Shown piece after piece: positions 36,971 to 45,900 of a DNA stretch of 55,720 nucleotides (within the stretch, counting starts at the first letter, position 1; each line of letters opens with the position of its first letter). The stretch lies in IMG/VR virus record IMGVR_UViG_3300023181_000007, positions 1 to 55,720 of that record, one strand, 5' to 3'. A program made the translations under genes and the position numbers. A model generated the notes under the pieces. The model ran no database searches. It was not told the origin of the DNA and worked only from the letters and a program-made list of their open reading frames with translations. The DNA is from a virus (lineage: Duplodnaviria; Caudoviricetes).

Positions 36971-37546
36971 ATGGCTAACATTAAAAATTTATCACCAATC
37001 ATTGCTAAATGGGAGGGCGGTTTTGTAAACGATCCAACCGACAAAGGCGGAGCAACCAACATGGGTGTAACAATTGGAACTTGGAAACAAGTTGGATATG
37101 ACAAAGACGGGGATGGAGATATTGACGTTGCAGATATTAAACTCTTAAATTATAACGACTTTTCAGCAGTATTAAAACAATATTGGAATAGGTGGCAAGC
37201 TGACAAGATAAACAATCAAAGTATTGCAAATATATTGGTTGATTGGGTTTGGGGTTCCGGGGTTTGGGGTATAAAGATACCTCAAAGAATATTGGGGGTT
37301 GTTGATGATGGAGAGGTTGGAGAAAAAACTATTTGTGCTTTAAATGCCCAAGACCAAAAAAAGTTTTTCAATGAGATATTTTTAGCCCGCGTTAAATTCC
37401 TAAATGACAATGTAAAAAACTCTATTGCCAAATATGAGGAGAAAATTGGCAGAAAAGCAAGCGAGGCCGAATTACTAAAGTACACTAACAAAAGATTCAT
37501 CAAAGGATGGATAAATAGATTGAATGACTTTAAGTTTTCGGAATAG
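36971..37546 (+). CDS. endolysin, glycoside hydrolase family 108 with C-terminal peptidoglycan-binding region
   Basis: [21 protein letters not shown] catalytic motif; RFIKGWINR; promoter box TATCTTTG 36937-36944. Confidence 0.93.
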   Translation: MANIKNLSPIIAKWEGGFVNDPTDKGGATNMGVTIGTWKQVGYDKDGDGDIDVADIKLLNYNDFSAVLKQYWNRWQADKINNQSIANILVDWVWGSGVWGIKIPQRILGVVDDGEVGEKTICALNAQDQKKFFNEIFLARVKFLNDNVKNSIAKYEEKIGRKASEAELLKYTNKRFIKGWINRLNDFKFSE

Positions 37547-37564
37547 ATAATATTTATATATTTG

Positions 37565-37637
37565 TATAATTACTTTTGTGGAATTACTTTATTTCATTGC
37601 TGCCTAAAACCGCCGATCATCCCCCGGCGGTTTTTTT
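37565..37637 (+). ncRNA. candidate small RNA or structured 3' UTR
   Basis: TATATTTG 37557-37564, non-coding body, AAAACCGCCG/CGGCGGTTTT terminator. Confidence 0.3.
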
Positions 37638-37648
37638 ATATACATTTG
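37606..37648 (+). terminator. terminator followed by a -7 box
   Basis: GC-rich stem plus T7; TACATTTG 37641-37648. Confidence 0.85.
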
Positions 37649-37674
37649 TTTAATCAATTTAAAATTAAACTAAA

Positions 37675-38298
37675 ATGTTAGAATCATTAAAACCATACTC
37701 CGGTATCTTAAAAGTAATAGGCTATATAGCAATAGCCTTGTTTATACTATTTGGTATATTTTACATTCAGGACCTAAAACACGAAAAGGAAATAGCTTTG
37801 ATTAATAAGCAAATGGAAAGAGTCGAGGAGACCGCTAAATTTAAGCAACAGATAGAAGATTTGGACGGAATCAATAACTATCTACAACGAGACAATAAAA
37901 CCCTCTTAGATCAGCTTAAAAAAGACAATATAAAAACTAACAGGATTGAAAGTATTATTTCTCAAGTTCTAAAATATAGAGATACAGTTTCGAGGAAAAC
38001 AGATTTTACACCATTGCTGTCTTATATAAAACAAAATAAAGTGTACTCTATGCCTTTTGTAGATAGTACCAAATGTTTGAAAATAAAAGGCTTCATAGAA
38101 TACAAAAACGATTCGTTAAAACTGAATATTACCTCAAGAGATATAAGTAACAAAAATGATATTGTTGCGTATTGGGAGCGCAAAGAATGGAGGTTTTTAT
38201 TTTTCAAAACTAGATTCTTGGGAAAGAAAGAATTTACAGCCAAAAATTATAATGAATGCGGAGAGGCTAAAGTTGTGAGAATAGAACGAAAAAAATAG
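37675..38298 (+). CDS. TM-anchored periplasmic protein, spanin-like candidate
   Basis: N-terminal TM segment, coiled coil, follows the endolysin. Confidence 0.5.
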   Translation: MLESLKPYSGILKVIGYIAIALFILFGIFYIQDLKHEKEIALINKQMERVEETAKFKQQIEDLDGINNYLQRDNKTLLDQLKKDNIKTNRIESIISQVLKYRDTVSRKTDFTPLLSYIKQNKVYSMPFVDSTKCLKIKGFIEYKNDSLKLNITSRDISNKNDIVAYWERKEWRFLFFKTRFLGKKEFTAKNYNECGEAKVVRIERKK

Positions 38299-38419
38299 AA
38301 TATTTGATTTAAGAGGTTTTCCTTAAAAAGCCATATATAGATATACTTTTAATTGATATAATCAAACACCGACTTTTAAAACAATAAAATATAATTATAA
38401 GACACTCATTAAAGTAATA

Positions 38420-38452
38420 TTTGGATAGTAAAATATAAATGATATATATTTG
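38420..38452 (+). promoter_or_regulatory. promoter of the antisense sRNA
   Basis: TTTG 38420-38423, 21-nt spacer, TATATTTG 38445-38452. Confidence 0.75.
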
Positions 38453-38455
38453 CAA

Positions 38456-38526
38456 TGTTATTCCACGATAACAAGCAAAAAGCAAAATATGTTTTTAAAC
38501 CGGTCTACTCAAAGGCCGGTTTTTTT
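38456..38526 (+). ncRNA. putative trans-acting bipartite antisense sRNA (~70 nt)
   Basis: Promoter and terminator with no credible gene between; hairpin TGTTAT-TCCACG-ATAACA; seeds complementary to 10 leader/start sites. Confidence 0.75.
38497..38526 (+). terminator. intrinsic terminator of the sRNA
   Basis: AAACCGGTCT-ACTCAA-AGGCCGGTTT plus T-run. Confidence 0.85.
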
Positions 38527-38550
38527 ATTTATTAAAATAATATAAAAATA

Positions 38551-38582
38551 TTGTTTCAAGTAATAAATAATTATTACATTTG
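38551..38582 (+). promoter_or_regulatory. replication-operon promoter with TAATAA-N4-TTATTA operator
   Basis: TTG 38551, palindrome 38561-38576, TACATTTG 38575-38582. Confidence 0.75.
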
Positions 38583-38604
38583 TCAAAACATAAAACCTTA
38601 AGTC

Positions 38605-38796
38605 GTGGAAAACTCAAGTAAATCTTATCCTATAATCATAGAAATATCTAAGAACAAAAAACCGTTCAAAGTAGATATTAAAGACCCTAATTTTTATAAT
38701 CCTATTAGCTGCTTAAATAAACAATATGAGGAGCCGGTTAAAAAGGTTTATAAAAAAATTGATTATTCCCCTTTTGAAATTATAAGCCCGAATTAA
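38605..38796 (+). CDS. hypothetical protein (GTG start inside an sRNA target site)
   Basis: AAAACATA...GTCGTGGAA; first gene of the operon. Confidence 0.6.
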   Translation: MENSSKSYPIIIEISKNKKPFKVDIKDPNFYNPISCLNKQYEEPVKKVYKKIDYSPFEIISPN

Positions 38797-38818
38797 TATA
38801 AACTTTAATAATAATTAC

Positions 38819-39070
38819 ATGCCACAAGAGAAAATTTTAATCAAACCGGAAGATGTTAGTATTGATGTAAAACTAGCAATTGAAGAGTATCGAAAAAAAC
38901 ACCCGGAACTAAAGGATAAGACGCAAAAAGCCCTTGCCTTAGAAATCAAAACGACTATGGACACTTTCGTAAAATGGAAAAAGAACCCGCCGAAAGTGAT
39001 TGCAGACCTTTTAAATATCGCTGCAATTTGCGAATGTGAAATAACAGACTTTGTTAAAAAAAAGAATTAA
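38819..39070 (+). CDS. Cro-like HTH transcriptional regulator
   Basis: TQKALALEIKTTMDTFVKWK...IAAICECEITDF. Confidence 0.75.
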   Translation: MPQEKILIKPEDVSIDVKLAIEEYRKKHPELKDKTQKALALEIKTTMDTFVKWKKNPPKVIADLLNIAAICECEITDFVKKKN

Positions 39071-39081
39071 AAAATTAAAGT

Positions 39082-40146
39082 ATGCCGATAGTAGACATAA
39101 GGCCGGTTAAAAGCGGTCAATCAAAAGCAGTAATAGGAATAGCCGGACCATCCGGAAGCGGCAAGACTTACACCGCGTTATTAGTAGCAAGAGGAATGGT
39201 AAACAAACCGGAGGAGATCGGTTTTTTAGATTCTGAAAATAAAAGAGGCTCTTTATATGCAGGAGTATTGGACGGGCCTTTTTTAATAGGTGATCTTTAC
39301 CCTCCGTTTTCCCCGGCAAGATATGCGGAAGCTATAAAAGAGTTCCAAGAGGCGGGTGTAAAGGTTTTGGTTATTGATAGTGTTACCCACGAGTGGGAGG
39401 GAGACGGCGGTTGTGATGATATAGCAAATGCACCAAAGGCCGATGGATCTCCGCGAAAAGTAGCCAATTGGATTGAAGCCAAAAGGGAGCATAAGAAGTT
39501 TATGAATGTTCTTTTACAATCTGACATGGATATTATTTGCTGTATCAGGGCAAGGGAAAAAACCGACTTTAAAAATCCGGCTCAACCTGTCTCTTTAGGA
39601 ATACAGCCAATATGCGAGAAAAATTTCATGTTTGAAATGACGGCATCAATCATGATGTATAACGAGGGCAAAAACCAATTTTTCTCAAAGGTTCCATCAT
39701 TTTTAAAAGAAGCTTTTGGGAAAGGTGACAATTATTTGACTATGGAAACCGGTAAAAAAATACGTGCATGGTTGGATAAGGGAGAAAAGGGGAGTCCTGA
39801 AATAGAGAGAATCAAATCAGAGGCTTTGCTTATTTGTGAAAAAGGAGTTGTTGCACTTGAGGAGTATTGGAAAACGCTAACAGACGAACAAAAGAAAGAA
39901 ACGGCTAAACATTTCAATATTTGTAAAGAGAGTGCTAAATCTTACGATGAGCAAAATGAAGCTGCCAAATATGAAGAGGGCAACGGGCCAATTGATCAGG
40001 AGCAACAAAGGATTTATAATTTCATCATTGAATGTAAAGACATTAACGCTCTATTACAGTTCGACAATATTGAACTAAACGACGTGAACAAAGATTTATT
40101 AAAGAAAACAAAAGTAAAATTATTAAAAGATGCAGCAGCCAATTAA
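39082..40146 (+). CDS. Sak4-like AAA ATPase (single-strand annealing recombinase)
   Basis: Walker A GPSGSGKT, Walker B VLVIDSVTHEW; adjacent to an exonuclease. Confidence 0.8.
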   Translation: MPIVDIRPVKSGQSKAVIGIAGPSGSGKTYTALLVARGMVNKPEEIGFLDSENKRGSLYAGVLDGPFLIGDLYPPFSPARYAEAIKEFQEAGVKVLVIDSVTHEWEGDGGCDDIANAPKADGSPRKVANWIEAKREHKKFMNVLLQSDMDIICCIRAREKTDFKNPAQPVSLGIQPICEKNFMFEMTASIMMYNEGKNQFFSKVPSFLKEAFGKGDNYLTMETGKKIRAWLDKGEKGSPEIERIKSEALLICEKGVVALEEYWKTLTDEQKKETAKHFNICKESAKSYDEQNEAAKYEEGNGPIDQEQQRIYNFIIECKDINALLQFDNIELNDVNKDLLKKTKVKLLKDAAAN

Positions 40147-41050
40147 ATTCAAATGCAGAGCCTCTAAAGTTGGGGCTATAATGACAGAGCCTAAAGAAAA
40201 AAGCAATCTTGATAAATACATAGAAGCCAAAGAGAGGCTTAAGGGTCTTGAGGTTCGATTAGCGGCGTTTAAAGACCAACAATGTAAATCCGCATTAAAA
40301 ATAAAAAACGAGACAATACCGGGCTTAAAAATAACAATTCACAACTTGGAAAATGTTAAGCATATAAAACAGCTTTCCGAAACCTGTAAAACTTACTTGC
40401 GTGAATGGATAATTGAGAGAAAGTACGGGAGGAAAAAAGAATTTACAAGTAAGCCAATAGAAAAAGGCAATGCAACAGAGCAAGACGGATTTCAATTAAT
40501 TCAAGATGTTTTGTTTCCAAATGTATTTTTACCTAAGAGCCGTAATTTTTATGAAGATGATTACAAAACAGGAAATCCCGATGTTGAAATACTTGGTTTT
40601 GTAATAGACAACAAAAGCAGTTACAACATTTTTACATTTCCATTTGGTGAAACTGAACTAACAAACAAAGACAATATTTATCAAATTCATACGTACATGG
40701 ATCTGATAAAGGTTGAAAAAGGAAAAGTTTGTTATACGTTAAATGATACCCCTTTTTCTATAGTAGATAAAGAGCTTAAGGATTGGGCTTGGAAAAATGA
40801 CGTTCCCTATGATCAGATTCCGGAGGATAAGGCCTATGAAATAATTAAGAACCACATATATACTAAAGAGGGACTTAAGATGTACAACTTTGTCCTTGGT
40901 ACTTTAGATACATCCGATTTCGTTGAAATACCGGCGGAAAAGAGACTTATAAGCTTTGACTTTGAAAAGGATGAGGAGCTTATACAGGCAATAAACCAAC
41001 GTTGTATTGATTGTGATGCTTGGGTTAAAGAAAATTGGGATAAATTTTAA
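40130..41050 (+). CDS. YqaJ/lambda-exonuclease-like nuclease
   Basis: RASKVG, KGNATE, GNPD...IDNKSS, YQ...YM. Confidence 0.8.
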   Translation: MQQPIKFKCRASKVGAIMTEPKEKSNLDKYIEAKERLKGLEVRLAAFKDQQCKSALKIKNETIPGLKITIHNLENVKHIKQLSETCKTYLREWIIERKYGRKKEFTSKPIEKGNATEQDGFQLIQDVLFPNVFLPKSRNFYEDDYKTGNPDVEILGFVIDNKSSYNIFTFPFGETELTNKDNIYQIHTYMDLIKVEKGKVCYTLNDTPFSIVDKELKDWAWKNDVPYDQIPEDKAYEIIKNHIYTKEGLKMYNFVLGTLDTSDFVEIPAEKRLISFDFEKDEELIQAINQRCIDCDAWVKENWDKF

Positions 41051-41052
41051 TT

Positions 41053-41883
41053 ATGAATGTTAGGAACAATTTAAGGCGGGATTTTACTCAAACACCAAAC
41101 GAGTTAATAAATAACGATTCTATATCGAGACATGCCCGGTTTTTATTTGTTTGGTTATGTAGTAAGCCCGATAATTGGGAGTTTTACAGTCAGGGAGTAA
41201 ATAAGGCTTTAGGCTGCAAAGATGATGCTAGGCGTAAATACATGAAAGAGCTTTATGACACAGGTTGGATTGATGTTTGCCAAAAAAGGAATCCGGACGG
41301 GAGTTGGGCGGCAAATGACATAATATTAAATTCAAGTCCTGTTTTACCCGTATCGGAAAAAATCGGCGACGGTAAAAAACCCGAACCGGTAAAAAATGGG
41401 GACGGAAAAAACCCCACACATAGTAATACTATAGATAATAATAATACTTTAAAAAAAGAAATTAATAATACTAAAGAATCTTTGTCCCTTTTTCAAAGCG
41501 ACGCCGTTACTCCGGAGGATGATTTTAAATCTATTTCTTTTGATTTGCCAAGTTTACCGGAGGAAATATTACAATACCTAAATGAAAAAAAAGGAGGTAA
41601 AAAAGGTTTTGAAATTAAATCGGCATCTAATCAAATAGATATAAAGGCGCGTATAAAAGAAAAAAAATACACGCTTGAGGATTTTAAGAAAGTTATTGAT
41701 TTTAAAGTAAGCGAGTGGAAAAACGACCCTAAAACGAGACAATGGTTGAGGCCCGAAACGTTATTTGGTAAAAAGTTTAATGGTTATCTAATAAATGCAG
41801 AGGATAGCAAAGACAATTTAACCGCCGCCGGTGGTTCTCAAAACTTTGTTGATTCTGTATCATCAAGCGAAGATTTATTATGA
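41053..41883 (+). CDS. replication initiator (N-terminal HTH, conserved phage C-terminal domain)
   Basis: FTQTPNELIN...SKPDNW; WLRPETLFGKKFNGYL. Confidence 0.85.
   Translation: MNVRNNLRRDFTQTPNELINNDSISRHARFLFVWLCSKPDNWEFYSQGVNKALGCKDDARRKYMKELYDTGWIDVCQKRNPDGSWAANDIILNSSPVLPVSEKIGDGKKPEPVKNGDGKNPTHSNTIDNNNTLKKEINNTKESLSLFQSDAVTPEDDFKSISFDLPSLPEEILQYLNEKKGGKKGFEIKSASNQIDIKARIKEKKYTLEDFKKVIDFKVSEWKNDPKTRQWLRPETLFGKKFNGYLINAEDSKDNLTAAGGSQNFVDSVSSSEDLL
41354..41475. repeat. putative replication origin: four iterons plus an AT-rich tract
   Basis: CGG(T)AAAAAA at 41354, 41370, 41387, 41403, inside the initiator gene. Confidence 0.7.
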
Positions 41884-42944
41884 CACAAGAAAATAAAAAA
41901 TTAAAGCCCTCCGAAATAGCCTTTGATAGATTCAAAGAGGAGGCCGAATTGTTTTTTGTGAAAAAATTCATAACGAGCAACTCCATACAAAGCAAGTATA
42001 GTTTTTGTTTGGATGTTTTCTTTGAGTTAGATAATAACCCTGAAATTGAATACGGGAGAGGTATAATCATGTATAGCCCTCATTACGGCCAAGGCAAATC
42101 ATTTTTTTTCGATGTTATTGAACACCGTTGCAGACGTATAGAAAACCGAAACATTTTTAAAAGAACAACCGCAAAAGATTTGGTTACTTACTGCATTGAA
42201 AACGGGGAGGATGCTTTAAAAGACTTCATTAAGGTTAAAAACCTGTACATTGATGATATTGGTGATGAGGGTGATAATAAAAACTTTCAAATCAAGAAAA
42301 GTAAAAACATGATTAATGTTTTGAGGTTTGTTCTTTTGTATCGTTATGAAATGTGGGTTAAACATGGTTGGAAAACTTACGGAACCACAAATTTAAATAT
42401 TGATGAGTTAGCAAGATGTTACGACGGCCGATTATCTGACAGGATAAAACAAATGGTTCATTGGGTTGATGTTGAATTTCTAAAAAATGGCAAATCATTT
42501 AGACAGTACGAGGGCACAAGAAAACTAACCCAAAATGAAATTGCCCTTAACTACAAAAAGATAGCTCCCAAGGAAAAAGAACCGGAAGCCCCCGACACGA
42601 CAAAATATCTTAATGATTTAATTAATGAAAGTCATGAATACATTAACCGTATGGGATGGGTTGATTGGAAATTAGTGAAAACATTATTGATTGACAGGAA
42701 ATTATTAGACTATACCGACTTTATGTTTACAGATAATCAGCTAGAACACGCCGAATTTGTTTTAAAACATGACATTGTAGATACTGTAAAATTCCTGCTT
42801 AGAGATACAGACAGAGAGGTGAGGCTTGCGGAAAGGCAAAGGAGGCTTGCCGATGTTGGAGATAAAGAGATTACCGACATGGCAGCTACTATAGTTGCAA
42901 AGCAAAAGTTTATTGAATTAAGGGATAACGAACACAAATTTTAA
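41880..42944 (+). CDS. DnaC/IstB-like P-loop ATPase (helicase loader)
   Basis: YGQGKS, LYIDDIG, TTNL, RLSDRIKQM. Confidence 0.75.
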   Translation: MTQENKKLKPSEIAFDRFKEEAELFFVKKFITSNSIQSKYSFCLDVFFELDNNPEIEYGRGIIMYSPHYGQGKSFFFDVIEHRCRRIENRNIFKRTTAKDLVTYCIENGEDALKDFIKVKNLYIDDIGDEGDNKNFQIKKSKNMINVLRFVLLYRYEMWVKHGWKTYGTTNLNIDELARCYDGRLSDRIKQMVHWVDVEFLKNGKSFRQYEGTRKLTQNEIALNYKKIAPKEKEPEAPDTTKYLNDLINESHEYINRMGWVDWKLVKTLLIDRKLLDYTDFMFTDNQLEHAEFVLKHDIVDTVKFLLRDTDREVRLAERQRRLADVGDKEITDMAATIVAKQKFIELRDNEHKF

Positions 42945-42945
42945 A

Positions 42946-43125
42946 ATGGATTTAATTTTAGATCAACCAATTCAGGTGAGCAAAAAACAATACGATCAGG
43001 TTAAAAATACACATGATGGTTATGTTTTCTTTAGGCAAGATCAGCAAACGGGAAATTATTATATCAAAGTGGCCTTTAAGTCACATTTAAAAGCCGTTGC
43101 ATTAACATTAGAAAAATACAAATAA
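42946..43125 (+). CDS. 59-aa hypothetical protein (not in the ORF track)
   Basis: MDLILDQPIQVSKKQY...; TAATG coupling to the resolvase. Confidence 0.6.
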   Translation: MDLILDQPIQVSKKQYDQVKNTHDGYVFFRQDQQTGNYYIKVAFKSHLKAVALTLEKYK

Positions 43126-43646
43126 TGGAAAGGACAATAATAGGCATAGACCCCGGAAAAGGCGGCGGAATAGCCATAATTAAAAAAGGTCGTGCCTATG
43201 CTGTCTCTATGCCGGCAACATTACCACAACTTAACGAATACCTGAAAGATATAAGAAACAATAACGATGAGATCATTGCATTCGTTGAAAAGGTTCAGAT
43301 ATTCGATAGTGACGATAAAGAGGACGGTAAAAAGTACGGTATTAAAAAAATGCTAGATCAATTTGCAGAGTTAAAAAGCTGTTTGGTTTTTCATAATATA
43401 CCATTTGTTGAAGTGGCTCCAATTACTTGGCAATCGGAACTTTGTTTAACTTCAAAGGGAGATACAAAAGCAGTACGTAAAAATAAATACAAGTTATTTG
43501 CGGGTAGGACTTTCCCGGATGCCAAGGTTAATCTAAATACATCCGATGCTCTTTGCATTTCTTATTTTGGAATTCAAAGATTGAAATTAAATCCCGGTTG
43601 GGTTAATGAAAGGATTGTAAAAAAGAAAACAGATTTATTTAAATAA
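43125..43646 (+). CDS. RuvC-like Holliday junction resolvase
   Basis: IIGIDPGKGGGIA, FVEKV, VAPITWQ, SDALCI. Confidence 0.8.
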   Translation: MERTIIGIDPGKGGGIAIIKKGRAYAVSMPATLPQLNEYLKDIRNNNDEIIAFVEKVQIFDSDDKEDGKKYGIKKMLDQFAELKSCLVFHNIPFVEVAPITWQSELCLTSKGDTKAVRKNKYKLFAGRTFPDAKVNLNTSDALCISYFGIQRLKLNPGWVNERIVKKKTDLFK

Positions 43647-43685
43647 TAATATTTTATTGATAGTAATAATATTTTATTATATTTG
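43644..43685 (+). promoter_or_regulatory. promoter with tandem TAATAA-N4-TTATT(A/G) operators
   Basis: Copies at 43644-43659 and 43664-43679; TATATTTG 43678-43685. Confidence 0.75.
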
Positions 43686-43713
43686 CTACAGTAAAAACAT
43701 AAACATTTATATC

Positions 43714-44049
43714 GTGGAAAATATAAAATCAATGTTATTGCAAAATCTGCAAGACATAAATCAACTAGCTGACCCTCACAAATCAGATGAACATATTGCC
43801 CTTACATCAACTTATTTTGATGAATCAACTCAAGATAACTATGAGCTAATAGTTGAGTTAATAGCTTATAAAAGCGAAAGAGAAGAGCCGGGAACTTATC
43901 ACAGCGATAGAGGCGACGTTGAGGGGCATGGCTTTTATAATGTAATTACTTCAATAGAGATTCAACAAATTTATATATTCATGAATTTTGAGGATGAACC
44001 ACAATTCAAAATAACCAACCAAGAAGCTGTTGAGGCTATAAAATTTTAA
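43714..44049 (+). CDS. acidic hypothetical protein (GTG start inside an sRNA target site)
   Basis: In-frame GTG in TATCGTGGAA; the track start 43657 lies within the promoter. Confidence 0.7.
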   Translation: MENIKSMLLQNLQDINQLADPHKSDEHIALTSTYFDESTQDNYELIVELIAYKSEREEPGTYHSDRGDVEGHGFYNVITSIEIQQIYIFMNFEDEPQFKITNQEAVEAIKF

Positions 44050-44051
44050 TA

Positions 44052-44375
44052 ATGGAAATAGAAGATTTAAAAACCCGCCAAGAGTTCAACGCCTATTATA
44101 GGGCTAATCACATGGACTTATTCGATTTTAATGAAATTGATTTTTATGGCAAACCTGACATTGAACAAAACGCATATTATTTGGCTTTTCTTGAGTCAAA
44201 AGGGATAATTGTTTATCCGGGTATTAAGAAAAAAATTGAAAATAAATTCTTTGCGGTCGTGTATTTTAATGAAACGCTTAAGATTTCAACATTAGGTTCA
44301 AATTTTCCTAAAGCAAGTGATGCGGTTGCGTATGGTATTAAATATGCATTTAAAATATTAATCAAAAAACAATAA
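44052..44375 (+). CDS. hypothetical protein
   Basis: ORF. Confidence 0.7.
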   Translation: MEIEDLKTRQEFNAYYRANHMDLFDFNEIDFYGKPDIEQNAYYLAFLESKGIIVYPGIKKKIENKFFAVVYFNETLKISTLGSNFPKASDAVAYGIKYAFKILIKKQ

Positions 44376-44378
44376 CTT

Positions 44379-44639
44379 ATGAGGGCAATTGATTTCCCCG
44401 GAGCAAACATTACATTAACAAAGCCTAGCACTATGACAGATGAGGAGTGCACACCGTTAAGGGCGCAAACAGGCGTTAACCAAAGCGGTTTTCCTTACTT
44501 CATTACAGCATGGATGCCAAATGTTGATGATTTGAAAGCCATAAACGAGGGCAAGCCTATTTATTTGAACATGCTAGGTTTACAGTTCCAACCTAGCAGT
44601 TTATTTACTTTAAACGAAAATGGAGAAGCAAATGAGTAA
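44379..44639 (+). CDS. hypothetical phage protein
   Basis: MRAIDFPGAN...KP..MTDEEC motif. Confidence 0.7.
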   Translation: MRAIDFPGANITLTKPSTMTDEECTPLRAQTGVNQSGFPYFITAWMPNVDDLKAINEGKPIYLNMLGLQFQPSSLFTLNENGEANE

Positions 44640-45168
44640 GGCAAGAACATTTTCAAGAACTTTCCCGGTTGGGCATGATTCAGCAGGAAATAAAACGCTT
44701 TTCGTTGAAAAGATATTAAATACCTTAGACATAAATTATAGTTCAATAAGTTATAAAAATTGGCTAATAAACAACAATCCCAATATTGACGAAAAAACAA
44801 TAAATGATTTTTTTGATAACCTTGAGCAAACCGATAAAACAAAGTCACATACTGTTAGAAAAGGTCAAAGTATTAAAAAAGGTGAATTAGTCAGTTTTAG
44901 GGTTTGGAGTGAAAAACCTTATAGATCAAAGCAAATTAAATTTGCTCCGGATATTAAGGTAAATATCTTTCCTGTAAAGTTTGATGATTTAGGATTTGTT
45001 TATTTAAATGACTCTCCGGATTATTTAAAACATGATAAGCAATCTATTCTTGCCAAAAACGACGGATTAACAAACATTGAGTTTATGAATTGGTTCTTTT
45101 TGAGGCAAAAACCATTTAAAGGTTTTGAGGGGCAAGTTATTTGTTGGGATTCTAAAATTGAATATTAA
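44632..45168 (+). CDS. ASCH/PUA-like domain protein
   Basis: KSHTVR, WSEKPYRSKQ, LAKNDGL...FMNWF. Confidence 0.55.
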   Translation: MSKARTFSRTFPVGHDSAGNKTLFVEKILNTLDINYSSISYKNWLINNNPNIDEKTINDFFDNLEQTDKTKSHTVRKGQSIKKGELVSFRVWSEKPYRSKQIKFAPDIKVNIFPVKFDDLGFVYLNDSPDYLKHDKQSILAKNDGLTNIEFMNWFFLRQKPFKGFEGQVICWDSKIEY

Positions 45169-45184
45169 TTTAAAATTACATACA

Positions 45185-45862
45185 ATGAGCGAAAAAAAGG
45201 AGGGCGAAAAAATACGTTTCGTCAATTATGAAAACTTTTTATTGAAAAAGTTAACCTATAATGAAAAGCAACAATTGCTTGTTATAGATTGGGAAGAGAA
45301 AACAGGGACCAAGGACGGGCACCAAGATAAACCAAAAGACGTGCCTCATCCGGATTTGTTAGCAGCTTTGGACGCTTTAAAGCCTCACTTATCAAGAACT
45401 TTAGGTTTACAACAGGGTTGGGACTTTGCTAGGGAAAATGTAAAAGAGAATGGCGACGCCCTTAAGCAAGCAATGGCAGGAGCCAAGTCCGCCGATAATT
45501 CAGTTAAGGTTATCGGTATTGTTATGATGGGAGAGGGAGAGACAGAGGGCGTTAAAATAAATGGTTTTATGCAATGCTTAAACGGCCAAATGAAAGTTAA
45601 TTGCCCGGTTATTCGTTTTGGTTCCGATGCAATGGCTATTGAAAAAACTGTTGAGGGACTTATTGAAAAGGTAAAGATTGAGGCGTATGGCTTTTTACAC
45701 CAAAACAAACGCAAGCAATATAGTATTGAAGAGCAAGAGGAAATTGACCGTAAGAAACTAAAGAAACGCGGCATTTCTAAAAACCAAATGAGCATTCTTG
45801 ATGGAGAGCAACAGGATGCAGCTAAAGAAATTGAAGCTACAGCCGAGGCGGATCTTAATTAA
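45185..45862 (+). CDS. hypothetical protein
   Basis: PHPDL motif; start revised to ATG 45185. Confidence 0.75.
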   Translation: MSEKKEGEKIRFVNYENFLLKKLTYNEKQQLLVIDWEEKTGTKDGHQDKPKDVPHPDLLAALDALKPHLSRTLGLQQGWDFARENVKENGDALKQAMAGAKSADNSVKVIGIVMMGEGETEGVKINGFMQCLNGQMKVNCPVIRFGSDAMAIEKTVEGLIEKVKIEAYGFLHQNKRKQYSIEEQEEIDRKKLKKRGISKNQMSILDGEQQDAAKEIEATAEADLN

Positions 45863-45866
45863 TAAC

Positions 45867-45889
45867 AAGGGGCTTTTATGCCCCTTTTT
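45867..45889 (+). terminator. intrinsic terminator
   Basis: AAGGGGC-TTTTAT-GCCCCTT plus T-run. Confidence 0.75.
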
Positions 45890-45900
45890 AAATTAGAATT

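Noticed and set aside
38456-38526. sRNA as a tRNA-Val fragment or CRISPR mini-array
   Set aside because: The CAC-containing loop is 6 nt with no cloverleaf, T-arm or CCA end; there is no repeat-spacer periodicity and no cas gene.
43657-43713. Track N-terminal extensions (also 12775, 36195, 45125, 53248)
   Set aside because: They overlap promoter boxes or upstream genes, or have poorer leader context; downstream in-frame starts fit better.
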